Below are positions 41,446-54,060 of a stretch of 64,000 bases of DNA, one piece after another (the first letter of the stretch is position 1; each line of letters begins with the position of its first letter). A program made the position numbers and the translations under genes. Origin of the DNA: Octopus vulgaris (Eukaryota); assembly GCA_951406725.2 (NCBI GenBank), contig OX597819.1, positions 25,172,001 through 25,236,000 of the forward strand. The letters are read 5' to 3'. The notes beneath the pieces were generated by a model. It was not told the origin of the DNA. It was given only the letters and a program-made list of their open reading frames with translations, and ran no database searches.

Positions 41446-42794
41446 CATTTGCCTCAGTGAATTTTATCTAATCCATACAAGCATGGAAAAGTAAACTTTA
41501 AAAACAAAGATGATAATGATTCTAGATGTGACCTTCCCATCTTATTTTCACACATAATATATCCTAAGACAAAATTATACAAAAGAATTTCAGATTTGAC
41601 CATACCATCTTATTCTAAAACGTTATGTGTCTTGGACTACTTAATCTAATGTTGATGTAACTTTCTTTTCTCAAGACAACATTGTGTGATTTAAGAATGA
41701 TTTTGACTGATATTTTTAACAGGTGAAATGACTTGCAGTAGTTCCTATATTTACTCCTTGATTTTAGTAATACTAATTCTACTAACCACTACAGGACTGC
41801 TGCCTTAAGAATCCCATAACACTACAACTACTAAACACAGCTAATTCAACCATTTCCTTATATCCTTCATTTTGTCCAAAACTTCTCACCTTTTTGCTTC
41901 TATTTAATTTACTCTTTTTACAATATCTCTCTCTCCTCTTTCCCTGTACATCTTTTATTTCAAAACATATTCTCATTCTATACTTTCCATTTACTAAATG
42001 TTATTCACTTCTCTATTTATTTATTTATTCATTTATGTTATTATTTATTTTTCCACTCATTTTTATCTAATTTTTTTTATTTATCTTTTATTTTTATTTT
42101 TTCCTCTCATTTGAAATTCTTTCTTCAATGCAATTACAGTTTAGAAGGTTTCTTTAAATTTAGAATATTTCTTTGAGTTGGGTAAAGAAATGCATTTTAC
42201 AATGGCTAAGTGTGTTTTTTTTCATTTTATTTATTTTTACCTTTAATAATTCAATTGTAAAATCAGTGTAGGAAGATGTTGACTACAAAGTTTGATTTTG
42301 GCAATGGGATATATTTTACTCGAGGTCATATTGCTTGTAATAAATTTTTGAACTCACGAATTTTCACATTTGTACAAACCATTACAAAAATTAATTGCAC
42401 CTCTATATTTGCTATTATATTTACCTATTTTTACCTATGCAATATATATCTCAACATTACAACATATTTTGTATGGGTAAAATGCAATTAAATTTCATAA
42501 CAGTTTGTACAAAAGTAAAATGTACATGATTTCTGGGCAAGTGCATTCTACTACAGTGTTGGCTTGACCAATAAATTATTAGTAGAATATCGAAAACAGA
42601 AACTGTGTGGAATCTTATTATAACGAAGCTCACAACCAGGTGATTGTGAAGTGACCTTCTTAACCACACAACCATGCCATCTATTATTATTATTAGTATC
42701 AATCGAGTATCGAAGTCAATGTAATTGACTAGTCTCCTCCCCCAAAGTTTCAGGCCTTGTGCATATAGTAGAAAGGATCATTATTATTATTATT

Positions 42795-43310
42795 GAGTGA
42801 GAGAGCAGTCCATGCCATCAAAATGACACTGGGGTAAAATATACAAAGCCCAGTATACCCATCATGACTACCAGTCTGACGAGTGTGTACCAGGCACATG
42901 CATCACAGCCATATGTACGCGACATGGTGATCTCATATCAAGAAAAACAGCGCATGATCTTGTAGGTGGGGCCCAGTTAGAATTTTCTTCTGGTTGAGTA
43001 ACCCATCCCACTCAAAAGGTCCCTGAATAAGGGTTGTTTAAGGGTGTTGAACGAAACACCCATGTTTCCAGAGGCGAATTTCCCCAACTACTCCTGCTCA
43101 TGATCAGAGATGCACATATCGTCAGCCACTAAGGGACATGCTCAACTGGTTAAGGTCAAACAACTGACAAGCAAATCTGTGGTATTGAGCAGAATATTTG
43201 CTTTAGCCCATCTTTTATACCAAGACAAAACAAGGTACATGATAACACTTCCAATCAGTTAAGATCAGAAGCCATGAGAGCCACTGCTTGGCACTGCCTT
43301 AGCGCATTTA
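42795..43310. mobile_element. Interspersed repeat flanked by (ATT)n, probable SINE or LINE 3' end
   Basis: GC-richer 515-bp block bounded by (ATT)n on both sides; single copy in the window. Confidence 0.45.
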
Positions 43311-43328
43311 TTATTATTATAATTATTA

Positions 43329-43371
<43 letters not shown>

Positions 43372-43554
43372 CGTTATTGTTGTTGTTGTAATGTCACAGT
43401 TAAGTGATAAATGCTTTAATGTTTAGGTAAATGTTTAAGGATTGTTGTTATAATACTTTACAATATCTGTCAAAGAAAGAAGCATGCTAATCCCTTGAAT
43501 AGGCAATCAGGAAGTTGTTATACTCAACTCACATAGTTAAATGACATTTACGAG

Positions 43555-43890
43555 TGAAGGAAATGCACTAGTGAGCAGCAAGTACAGAGGTATCATGTTG
43601 GTAGACAAGGTTATGAAAGTTATGGAAAAAAAATTATTACAAGATCAATCAAGAACAAGATAGACCTAATGAGATGCAGTTTGGCTTTGTGTCAAGAATC
43701 ATCAGTAATACTGGATTTCCAGTGAGACAGCTGCAGGATTGATACTTAAGTTGGATTAAGCCTCTGTACTCTAAATAACCTGGAGAAGGGCTTTGACGGA
43801 ATCCTATGTTCTTTCATCTAATGGTTACACAAGAAATTAGGGGAAGATGAATAGCTTGTGATAGTCGCATGTTATTCATTAAGGTGAGGA
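43555..43890 (+). pseudogene. Decayed RTE-clade LINE reverse transcriptase fragment
   Basis: Frameshifted translation gives KYRGIMLVDKVMKVMEK...EMQFGFV...VRQLQ...LEKGFD, matching the NYRGI / QFGF / DLEKAFD motifs. Confidence 0.75.
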
Positions 43891-44673
43891 TATAAAAATG
43901 CTTTCGTCTCCAAGTGCTGAGTACCCCTCTTACAGCACTGCACTTATTTTACAATAATCATCAAAGCATTATTAAATATATCTTTTATTTTCTTTCAGTG
44001 ACACCATTAACTTTAATATATATTTTATTTCTTTTCTTTCAGTTTATTTATTTGTTTATGAATTTTTCTATTGATTGATAAATCATATTCTTTTAATTCA
44101 TGCTTAATTAATATGCTTAATGAATGATAAAATTTGTATGAATTTTGTGACAATAATTGTCTCATAAAAGTGGTTTTCTTTTTTTTACATAAAAGCATAT
44201 ATTTCTTTGCCTTCACATACACAATAGATGCACGCATACACACACATATCCATTGGTTAAGTACTCAATGCAAAAGTAGAAAAGTGTAATGTCATAATTA
44301 ATCTGTGCTGATTCAGTCACCTGTTATCCTGGAGTTACTGCAACATATTGCTGAGCAATTGGTAAAGACAGGAAAAAACTGGTTAATCCAAATTTCTCTT
44401 GTCTCAGGAACCTAGTAAACTTGATATCTATGTATCTGTTTGTCTGTCTGTTTGTATATGTGTATGTGTGTCTGTCTGTAGGTCTATCTACATACTATTA
44501 TCATCATCATCATCATCATCATCATCATTCAACGTCTGCTTTCCATGCTAGCATGGGTTGGACGAATGACTGAGGGCTGGCGAACCAGATGGTGGCACCA
44601 GGCTTCAATCTTGATCTGGCAAAGTTTCTATAGCTGGATGCCCTTCCTAATGCCATGCCCTTCCTAACGCCAT

Positions 44674-44718
<45 letters not shown>

Positions 44719-45455
44719 ATATGTATGTGTGTGTGTGTATGTATGTATCATTATCATCATCATTTCATCCCATCTTTCATGTTGGCATGAATTGTTTAAC
44801 CACACAATTCATGTTGGTAGACAAGGTTATCAGAAGATTCAATTTTGTGCACCAAGGACTGCATCAAGCTCCATTATCTGTTTCATCATAATTTCTCTGG
44901 CTGGATGCCTTTCCTAACACCAACCACTTTATAGAGTGTTGTGGGTGGGTTTTTTTACATAATTCCAGCACTACTGATGTTGCCAAATAACAAGCAAGTC
45001 TAAGGAAAGAAAAAAAAACCCCTCTCAAATGAATGGGATTAAAATTAAAAAGTTGGTGACTTTGTATTGAGTGTTGAGAGACTAATGCATGAGAGAGACA
45101 GGTGTGGGTGTCTTGCTTCAGTGGAGATATGTGTCTACATTGCATTATATAAGGGTGGAAAAAATTATATAGCAGGAAAAAAATACAATGGTAGTGATGA
45201 CTATATGTCAAAGCATACTTTCAAGATACAGGAAGATGAGTATAAGAGAGAATACTGACAAAGAATCAGTAAGGATTTATCAGTAGATAAATCCAGTAGA
45301 GTGTGAGAGGAGAGTGACAGATGGTTAGTGATAGGTGTAGAGATGAATGTAGTGAATGGAATTTGGGTGGAGATGTGGTTGTTGGTAAATATCAATTTTA
45401 GAAAGAGGTGAAAGAATAAGAGTGACTGATGAAGGTGGAGGTGATAAGGAGGGCT

Positions 45456-45790
45456 AGGAGTGGCTGTGTGGTAAGTAGCTTGCTTACCAACCACATGGTT
45501 CTGGGTTCAGTCCTACTGCATGGCACCTTGAGCAAATGTCTTCTACTATAGCCTCGGGCTGACCAAAATCTTGTGAGTGGATTTGGTAGATGGAAACTGA
45601 AAGAAGCCCGTCATATATATGTATGTGTGTGTGTATATGTTTGTGTGTCTGTGATTGTCCTCCCCAACATTGCTTGAGAACCGATGCTTACAAAGAATAA
45701 GTCCTGGGGGTGATTTGCTCAACTAAAGGTGGTGCTCCAGCATGGCCACAGTCACATGACTGAAACAAGTAAAGAGTAAAAAGAGAGTAA
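45456..45790 (+). mobile_element. SINE family B with internal deletion
   Basis: Head and tail present; segment between ccgatgc and ttacaaagaataag missing. Confidence 0.85.
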
Positions 45791-46097
45791 GTGGGGAGAT
45801 AAACTGTATAATAGACCTGGTGGTAGATGAGAAAATATGAGGATGATTTGCAAGGTAAGTGAGAGAGAGAATAAGAAGAAAATAGATGCACAATAACAGA
45901 GATGGTTGCATAGGGGCAGTACATAGGGGTGGCTATAGTGACTGGAAGCCAAAGGAGTAGGGGACATGAATGGATGATGAGTAGGAGTGGCTGTGTGGTA
46001 AATAGCTTGCTTACCAACCACATGGTTCGGGGTTCAGTCCCACTGCTTGGCACCTTGGAGACTTCACAGCTTGATATGTATGCGTGTACGTATGTAC

Positions 46098-46384
46098 ATC
46101 ATGTGACCGACCAGTCCATCAGATGTAGTTACACATCGCTGGTCACAATGCGTTCGCATTGTTTTAGCCTTCGAATGACGCCACCCTGCTGGCTAAGCGA
46201 GCAGGCCAACAGAAGAAAGAGTGGTGAAAGAGTACAGCAGGGATCACCCCCCCCCTGTCGGAGCCTCGTGGAGCTTTTAGGTGTTTTCACTCAATAAACA
46301 CTTACAACGCTCGGTCTGGGAATCGAAACCGCGATCCTACGACCGCGAGTCCACTGCCCTAACCTCTAGGCCATTGCACCTCCA
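46098..46384 (-). mobile_element. SINE family C, tail type ii
   Basis: Reverse complement of 36716-37027; cgtatgtacat on both flanks. Confidence 0.9.
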
Positions 46385-46646
46385 CACGTATGTACATACA
46401 TTGCAAATATAGGTTTGTGTGTGTGTATATGTTAATACACAACTACACATGAACATACTGCGCATAAACACACGTCTGGGTTTGTTTGAAGTTGAATCAG
46501 GTCCCCTTGCATTCTAAGTGCACACACACACACACACACACACCATCATCATTAATCATTCAACCCATGCTACCATGGCCATTAAATGATGATGATGATG
46601 ATGATTGTTGATGATATATAAAATATTTGTATATTTGTTTATATGT

Positions 46647-46694
<48 letters not shown>

Positions 46695-47251
46695 CATGTG
46701 TATGTATGTATCTGTAATTGTGGTTTTAGTTCCTTTAACTTTGGCACCACAAGAGTGATAATTGTTTGATGTTCAGGGTTTGTTGTGGCTTACCATCTTT
46801 GTGTTATTTAACTTGTGTCTCTTAATAAATGTTACTAACTGCTTACACTTTGCACTAGCCTCATTTTTTTTTTCCACATGTACTGGCTGTCATTCTTCCC
46901 ACACCATGCACACATACACACGCACACACACACACAAGATCTGCAATTATGATGCTCTTTAATATCTCCTTACTACTGAATATATGTTTTTACATATAAT
47001 GAGATTGATGGTGGTGGTAGGAGAGGCTCTGTGTGGTCATACTCCACCTGCTAGAAATAACAGTCAAGTCTTTTAAAATTTATATGCAACTATCTTTAAA
47101 AAAAATGGACAAATTGGATGATGTGGTTTAAGGTGTTTTGTGCCTGGAAAAGTATGGGATGTTCATGTCTGGAATGCTTTTGAGCGTACATCTGCTAGAT
47201 CAGGACTGACCTATGGCTGAATAACAACAGCATCAGCAGCAGCTACAGCAG

Positions 47252-47608
47252 TGGAGGCACAATGGCCCAGTGGTTAGGGCAGCGAACTCGCGGTCAGAAG
47301 ATCGTGGTTTCGATTCTCAGACCGGGCATTGTGTGTGTTTATTGAGCAAAAACACCTAAAGCTCTACGAGGCTCCAGCAGGAGGTGGTGGCAACCCCTGT
47401 TGTACTCTTTTGCCCCAACTTTCTCTCACTCTTTCTTCCTATTTCTTGTCCCCAACTTCCTACGCAGTCGCTGAGCCTGGATGCGCATTCATCCATCCGT
47501 CGGTGTTGGGGGTTGCCCTGCTTTCTCTTCTACAGGTCTTACAAATAGCAAAGGACCACATTTCGGACTTCTCCCATCTCGCGAGCTCTGGGACGAAGAC
47601 CGTTCACT
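47252..47608 (+). mobile_element. SINE family C, tail type iii
   Basis: Family C head with an unrelated GC-rich 3' half. Confidence 0.8.
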
Positions 47609-48899
47609 CAACAGCCACAGCAGCAACAGCAGCAACAATAATTCAAAGATCTATTATAGTGAGAGATTAAGAAGATTTTGTGATGTTCATGTCAACACTA
47701 GATATGTCAGGAAACTGAGTCAAAGAGAAATACAAGAAAGAAAATAGCAAATACTTGGCTGCAGTGCATAAGTGAGTGTTCCACATAAGTTATTTTGAAA
47801 TTTGTTTATTAGGAAACCATTATACAATGACTAAACCTGCTAGAAATAACAGCCAAGTCTATCTCAAATCACATTCAACTACTTAAAAAAAAAAATCGGA
47901 AGGATATGATATACACTGCATCAAAATATATACACTATATTAAAATATAAGTGGAATGATCATGTTGAAATAAAGTAAAGATGGGATGGTTGTTGCTAAT
48001 GGATTTTTGAACATACACCTGCTTCATCAGACCTGGGGCTAAACAACAAGAACTAATTTTGAATTTACAAAGTAATAAATCATTTTTACTGGTTAGGTAA
48101 TTTTTTTTTTTTTCTTTTCTGTTGTAAGACAAAATTCGATATTTCACTGTGATTTGTTTTGTATATGAAAATTAAGTCTAAAACAAGCTTACCAAAATTT
48201 TGTCTTGTGGTTTATATAATGAATCAATATTAGATTTTTCTTTGGAATAGATAATTTAACAATCATCTATTCAATCTTTATTAGCATTTTATGTCTGCTT
48301 TTCCATGCCAATATGGATTGAGTGTTTTTTTCTGAGATAGTGTTTTATGTTCAGAAGCCCTTGCTTTTGGCCATTTCTTTCAATATGCTGAAATGCAGTG
48401 TACCTGTCCAAAAAACCAGGACACACACACACAGTAAGCAATCATCTATTCCAATACTGATCAAATTTAAAATCTGTATTTAAAATTAGTATTTGAAGAT
48501 TATTGAGTTTGCAAATTCAGAAAAGAAAATGAAAATTTAAAACTGCAGATACTGAAAATGGCTACATAAAAGTTGTCCTGTTATATACATCAAGCCACAG
48601 ACCTCTAAGATTTAAAAAAATGATCTTAAAGGATCTGCAAACTTCATAATATATGTTAAATAGCAATGTTACAGAATCTCATAAGGAAAATGTCAAATGC
48701 TGACTTCCAGTTCACTGTGTACATGACCCAGGCATTGCATTCACAGAAACTGACAACACATAACTCATTGTACTGTGTAAATTTGTTGTATAGTCTAAAT
48801 TTGTATGGTGGACTGGAATATATCCCTTAAGATCATTGTATCATGCATATGACTAAACAAATCTTTTAAGACTGCTGTTCGACATACACTGATTTACTA

Positions 48900-49842
48900 A
48901 ATCATCATCAAGATCAAGATCCCTTAACTGATGCAGCCAATCATTGGGGTGCAACTCCAGAGACCTTTGCAATTAGCTGTTGCCACTGGTCTCTGTTCTC
49001 TGACATGCATTGCAGGATCACAGTGCTGTGACCTGTTCAGTCCTTCTGACATGCATTGCAGGATCACAGTGCTGTGACCTGTTCAGCCCTTCTGACATGC
49101 ATTGCAGGATCACAGTGCTGTGACCTGTTCAGTCCTTCTGACATGCATTGCAGGATCACAGTGCTGTGACCTGTTCAGTCCTTCTGACATGCATTGCAGG
49201 ATCACAGTGCTGTGACCTGTTCAGTCCTTCTGACATGCATTGCAGGATCACAGTGCTGTGACCTGTTCAGTCCTTCTGACATGCATTGCAGGATCACAGT
49301 GCTGTGACCTGTTCAGTTCCTTCTGACATGCATTGCAGGATCACAGTGCTGTGACCTGTTCAGTCCTTCTGACATGCATTGCAGGATCACAGTGCTGTGA
49401 CCTGTTCAGTCCTTCTGACATGCATTGCAGGATCACAGTGCTGTGACCTGTTCAGTCCTTCTGACATGCATTGCAGGATCACAGTGCTGTGACCTGTTCA
49501 GTCCTTCTGACATGCATTGCAGGATCACAGTGCTGTGACCTGTTCAGTCCTTCTGACATGCATTGCAGGATCACAGTGCTGTGACCTGTTCAGTCCTTCT
49601 GACATGCATTGCAGGATCACAGTGCTGTGACCTGTTCAGTCCTTAGTGTTGTTAGATCAGGATTTTCTCTGTCTGCTTCCCTTTTGCTCTCCCTCAATTG
49701 TGCCCCAAAGAATGGCTTTGCTCAGGGAGTTGTTGCAGGATATGTGACTGTACTGGGCAAGCTTTTGTCTTTTTACCTGTGAAAAGAGTGGTTCTTGTCT
49801 ACCTGCATATTTGTTGACTTAGTGTCTCACAATGCTATTCAT
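48900..49842 (-). pseudogene. Decayed RTE-clade LINE 3' end, interrupted by a 46-bp tandem array
   Basis: - strand translation AGRQEPLFSQVKRQKLAQYSHISCNNSLSKAILWGTIEGEQKGSRQRKS*SNNTKD*TG...ENRDQWQQLIAKVSGVAPQ* matches the RTE ORF C-terminus; short (gat) tail. Confidence 0.8.
48999..49644. repeat. Tandem array, 14 x 46 bp (tctgacatgcattgcaggatcacagtgctgtgacctgttcagtcct)
   Basis: Near-identical units; one substitution (about 49087) and one 1-nt insertion (about 49317) seen. Confidence 0.95.
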
Positions 49843-50421
49843 TTCTTGTTGTGTGTGGCTGTGAGAGCCAGACTCTTGCAGCTGGCATTGTGCAAAGAAT
49901 CCAGGTATTTGAGCACAAGTGCCCTTCAAGGCTGCTACATAACCCGCACACAGAGCACAAACCGAACAGCTAATTTACTACACAAATCCTTTAAAATTAT
50001 AGTTGCATATAATTAATTACTACACGAAGGGCATTGCACTACTTCTTGTAATATGCTATTTTAATTTTTCTTTAATGACTTAATCAGGGGAGGAAGATGG
50101 ATGCCCTTGACTCTTTGCAGGGGCCCCAAAGCTGATGGTTGGAGTGAAGAGAGAAAGTCATCTCCAGATTTGAGACCGTGACCAAATACATGTAAGAGTA
50201 AACTCTGCTAAGAGTACCTAATAACAAACCCTGGCAATGATTTAAGTCTACCAGTAAAAAGCAAATATAGACCAATTGAATTTCAAGCAGCTTCTATCTC
50301 ATAAATTCCACTCACAACTTACGGCTTTGGTAGAAGACCCTTGACCAAGTTGCTACAGAGTGGGATAGAACCTGAAACCATGACGTCTCAAAACAGACTT
50401 CACAAACACCTGACCATACCT

Positions 50422-50460
50422 ATTTCTTTATTACCCACAAGGGGCTAAACACAGAGGGGA
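50422..50460 (-). mobile_element. Severely 5'-truncated SINE family A insertion with 20-bp flanking direct repeat
   Basis: acaaacacctgaccatacct at 50402-50421 and 50461-50480 flanks the last 39 nt of family A. Confidence 0.85.
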
Positions 50461-50630
50461 ACAAACACCTGACCATACCTTTGCACGTGCACACACATAC
50501 ATGCATGCATGCACACATACATGCGTCCCCCCACACACACACACATACAGAGAAGATCCTCTTGTCTTAGATGACAGATGAGAGATCCCTAATTTCTTGA
50601 TGACCAACCTGCTCAGGTGATTTTTTTTTT

Positions 50631-51024
50631 CTTTTTACTTGTTTCAGTCATTTGACTGTGGCCATGCTGGAGCACCGCCTTTAGTCGAGCAAATCGACCC
50701 CGGGACTTATTCTTTGTAAGCCCAGTACTTATTCTATCGGCCTCTTTTGCCAAACCGCTAAGTGACGGGGACCTAAACACACCAGCATCGGTTGTCAAGC
50801 AATGCTAGAGGGACAAACACAGACACACAAACACATACACACACATATATATATACATATATACGATAGGCTTCTTTCAGTTTCCGTCTACCAAATCCAC
50901 TCACAAGGCTTTGGTCGGCCCAGGGTTATAGCAGAAGACACTTGCCCAAGATGCCATGCAGTGGGACTGAACCCAAAACCATGTGGTTGGTTAGCAAGCT
51001 ACTTACCACACAGCCACTCTTGCG
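50631..51024 (-). mobile_element. SINE family B, full length
   Basis: Matches the other family B copies. Confidence 0.9.
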
Positions 51025-51171
51025 ATTTGTTAATAGTGATCAAATGTTTGTGCTGTTCATTAGCTCAATCGCTCTCTCATATTGACATTGTCTGTACAGT
51101 TAAACAGTGTGCTTCATGTCAGATGTTGAAGTGATTGCAGAGTAGCATGAAATGAGCCATTTTGCTCAAGG

Positions 51172-51475
51172 ACACCACCTAATAGCCTTAAACAGGGAAT
51201 CTAATGAGCATCAAAGACAGTTGGTGCACTCCTGGCAGTCAGCTATCATAGGGTAGACAAACCCTTCTCAATTCAGTTCAGGCGAGACGAATTTGGATGT
51301 GTGAAATTTAAACAAAGAGTAAAGATGATGGTGTATAGAATATACACATTTAATACTTCTTATTCCAACACATTATAAAGATCTTATAATTTCTAGTCCA
51401 GCCCTAGACTGCTCTCATGCAAGAAATAGCAGCCAGATTTTCCCCAAAGCATACATTATCATCTTAAAGAAGAAC
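51172..51475. repeat. About 305-bp inverted duplicate of 54270-54574
   Basis: Reverse-complement match over the whole length with about a dozen differences; bracketed by ggacaccacct at 51170-51180 and 51476-51486. Confidence 0.9.
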
Positions 51476-52600
51476 GGACACCACCTGGTCTGAGAATTGA
51501 AACCACAATCTTGTGATGATCATGAGTGTGACATCCTAATCACTGAGACCATGGACCTTCACTATATGTGTGTGTGTGTATTCAATAGGATAAGGTTCAG
51601 CTACATTGGTGTTTAGATTATTGGCTGTGAAATAACAGATGATATAGCATGGACTAAATATTTAGCAATACATTCCAAATCAAAATCTTGTATACTGGAT
51701 GGGCAACTTTGCCTTTTATCCATATTTTAACACTAAAATCAATACCAGTTACATACTGCTGTTAATTCAGATAGCTATAGCCCCAGAAAATGTGCTTACA
51801 GAAGACAGGATCATGGAAAATTGAAGTAAGAGTGAATGTGAAATCTGGTTTTGTTGAATATATTTCTACAGAGAAGTGGCTTTTGAGTTATAGAAATAAA
51901 ACTGGTGTATACTAAAATCAATGCAGACAGCCTCTTAAAAGAAACAAGCATGAATATCTACCAAATCCCTTAAGACTGCATGAATTGAAAGTCTTTGATT
52001 TACTATGTGTGATGTGGTGTGACTTTATAACAGTTTGAATCCACTATGTGTTTATAAGTATAAATATACTTATATATGAATATACCAACACACAAACACA
52101 CACACACACACACATACACACACACACACATGCATGCATGCATACACATACTGACTTATACATATGTAGATTCATAATATAGCAATAAATATGTTTTGTG
52201 AATTACAGAGAAGAAATTCAATATCTGTTGTTGGAATAAGTGTTTTGTCAGGACTGCCATAACAGTGACACAAATAGTATATAAATGCCACAAAATACAT
52301 GAATAATTTATTTCTCATTAATTTCCATCCACCCCAGCCTACTTTTAACCGGACATATCACAGACCTCCCCCCCCCCCGCAAAAAAAAAACAATGAGCAT
52401 TATTTGAATGATTTGTGTTATCCAATATCTTTTCTAAACAAAGCATTGTTGCGTAGAGAAGTTAAAGGAGGAAAACACGTGCATCCAAATCTTATGGGTT
52501 TTTTTTAAAGATGGGTTAGACTTCTTTAAATAAATAGGAAGCACATTTAACAATAGATAATAATGGTTTTTCACATAAACCCAAGGATCTGAAATTTATT

Positions 52601-53135
52601 GCCGGTGGCACGTAAAAACCACCATCCGATCATGGCCGTTTGCCAGCCTCGCCTGGCCTCCGTGCCGGTGGCACGTAAAAAGCACCATCCGACCACGGCC
52701 GTTTGCCAGCCTCGCCTGGCCTCCATGCCGGTGGCACATAAAAAGCACCATCCGATCGTGGCCGTTTGCCAGCCTCGCCTGGCCTCCGTGCCGGTGGCAC
52801 GTAAAAAGCACCATCCGACCGTGGCCGTTTGCCAGCCTCGCCTGGCCTCTGTGCTGGTGGCACGTAAAAAGCACCATCCGACCGTAGCCATTTGCCAGCC
52901 TCGCCTGGCCTCCCTGCCGGTGGCACGTAAAAAGCACTATCCGACCACGGCCGTTTGCCAGCCTCGCCTGGCCTCTGTGCTGGTGGCACGTAAAAAGCAC
53001 CCGCTACACTCATGGTGTGGTTGGCATTAGGAAGAGCATCCAACCGTAGAAACATTGCCAGATCAGACTGGAGCCTGGTGCAGCCTTCTGGCTTCCCAGA
53101 CCCCAGTTGAAACGATGATGATGATGATGATGATG
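52601..53135 (+). mobile_element. Repeat family D copy with 6.3 tandem copies of a GC-rich 63-bp unit (52601-53001)
   Basis: Unit gccggtggcacgtaaaaagcaccatccgaccgtggccgtttgccagcctcgcctggcctccgt starts at 52601, 52664, 52727, 52790, 52853, 52916 and 52979, followed by the family D tail and (gat)n. Confidence 0.9.
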
Positions 53136-53608
53136 TATGATGAGGTTATGGGATATTTATGCCTCAACCAAGAACATTGTAGGTATGTTTTATTGACATA
53201 ACTAAAAAATAGCAGTGAGCTGAAAGAATTGTTGCCATGTTGGACAAGATGCTTAATAGCAGTTCTTCCAGCTTTACACTCTGAGTTCAAATTCTACCAA
53301 AGTTGATTTGCTTTTCATCTTTTCTGGGTTGATAAAATAAGTACCAGTTAAACATTGGGGTTGATGTAATAAACTATTCCCCTCCTCCAAAATTCCAGCT
53401 TTTGTGCCTGTAGTAACTAATTTATAATCAAAGTCAGTTCTTAGATTAAGCAACCAATAAATAATCGCTGCTCCATAGGACTTGAAGAATTAACCTTGCT
53501 TAATGTTTGTAGCTTGAATTTGTTACAAAATTTGAATGGTCTGGTCTATATTTTAGGGATAGAAATCCAATGTTGTGGAGTTCATGTTATGTATGCATGT
53601 TCATTATT

Positions 53609-54060
53609 TAGTTCAAACGTAAAATCTGTGCTTTTGTATGGCTCTGAAACATGGAGAGCCACTTGCAGCAACTACAAGAAGATCCAGACCTTCATCAACA
53701 AATGTCTCCAGCAGATCTTCCATCTGAAGTGGTTCGACAGAGTGCCAAACACCGACCTGTGGGAAAGGGCCAGCCAGGAGCCCATACATGTTCAGATTAG
53801 ACAAAGGAAATGGAGATGGATCGGGGACACACTACGGAAAGAACCCTCAAATGTGACCCGACAAGCACTTGACTGGAACCCGCAGAGGAAAAGGAAGCGA
53901 GAATGCCCGAAGCAGACATGGAAGCGGAGCATTTTGGATGAGCTCAGGACCACCGGCCTGACATGGGAAGCAGCCAAGAAACATGACAATGGTCGCAAAA
54001 AGTGGAAAACAACTGTTGAGGCCCTATGTTCCAGAAGGGGCAAAAAGGATTAAGAAGAAG
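53609..54060 (+). mobile_element. 5'-truncated RTE-clade LINE, C-terminal part of the RT ORF still open
   Basis: SNVKSVLLYGSETW...IQTFINKCL...QIRQRKWRWIGDTLRK...RQALDWNPQRKRKR..PKQTWKR; stop at 54051-54053, (gaa) tail, atgttcatt on both flanks. Confidence 0.9.

Noticed and set aside
48999-49644. 46-bp array as a CRISPR array or tandem hammerhead (- strand CTGAACA...GCAA tgcat GTC)
   Set aside because: No spacers; G8 and GAAA are absent; the unit is fully explained as a slice of an RTE ORF.
52571-53055. Repetitive ORFs of 106-143 aa on both strands
   Set aside because: Artefact of a stop-poor 63-bp tandem unit inside repeat family D.
53496-53608. N-terminal part of the 185-aa ORF
   Set aside because: Flanking DNA fortuitously in frame with the truncated LINE; homology begins at about 53609.
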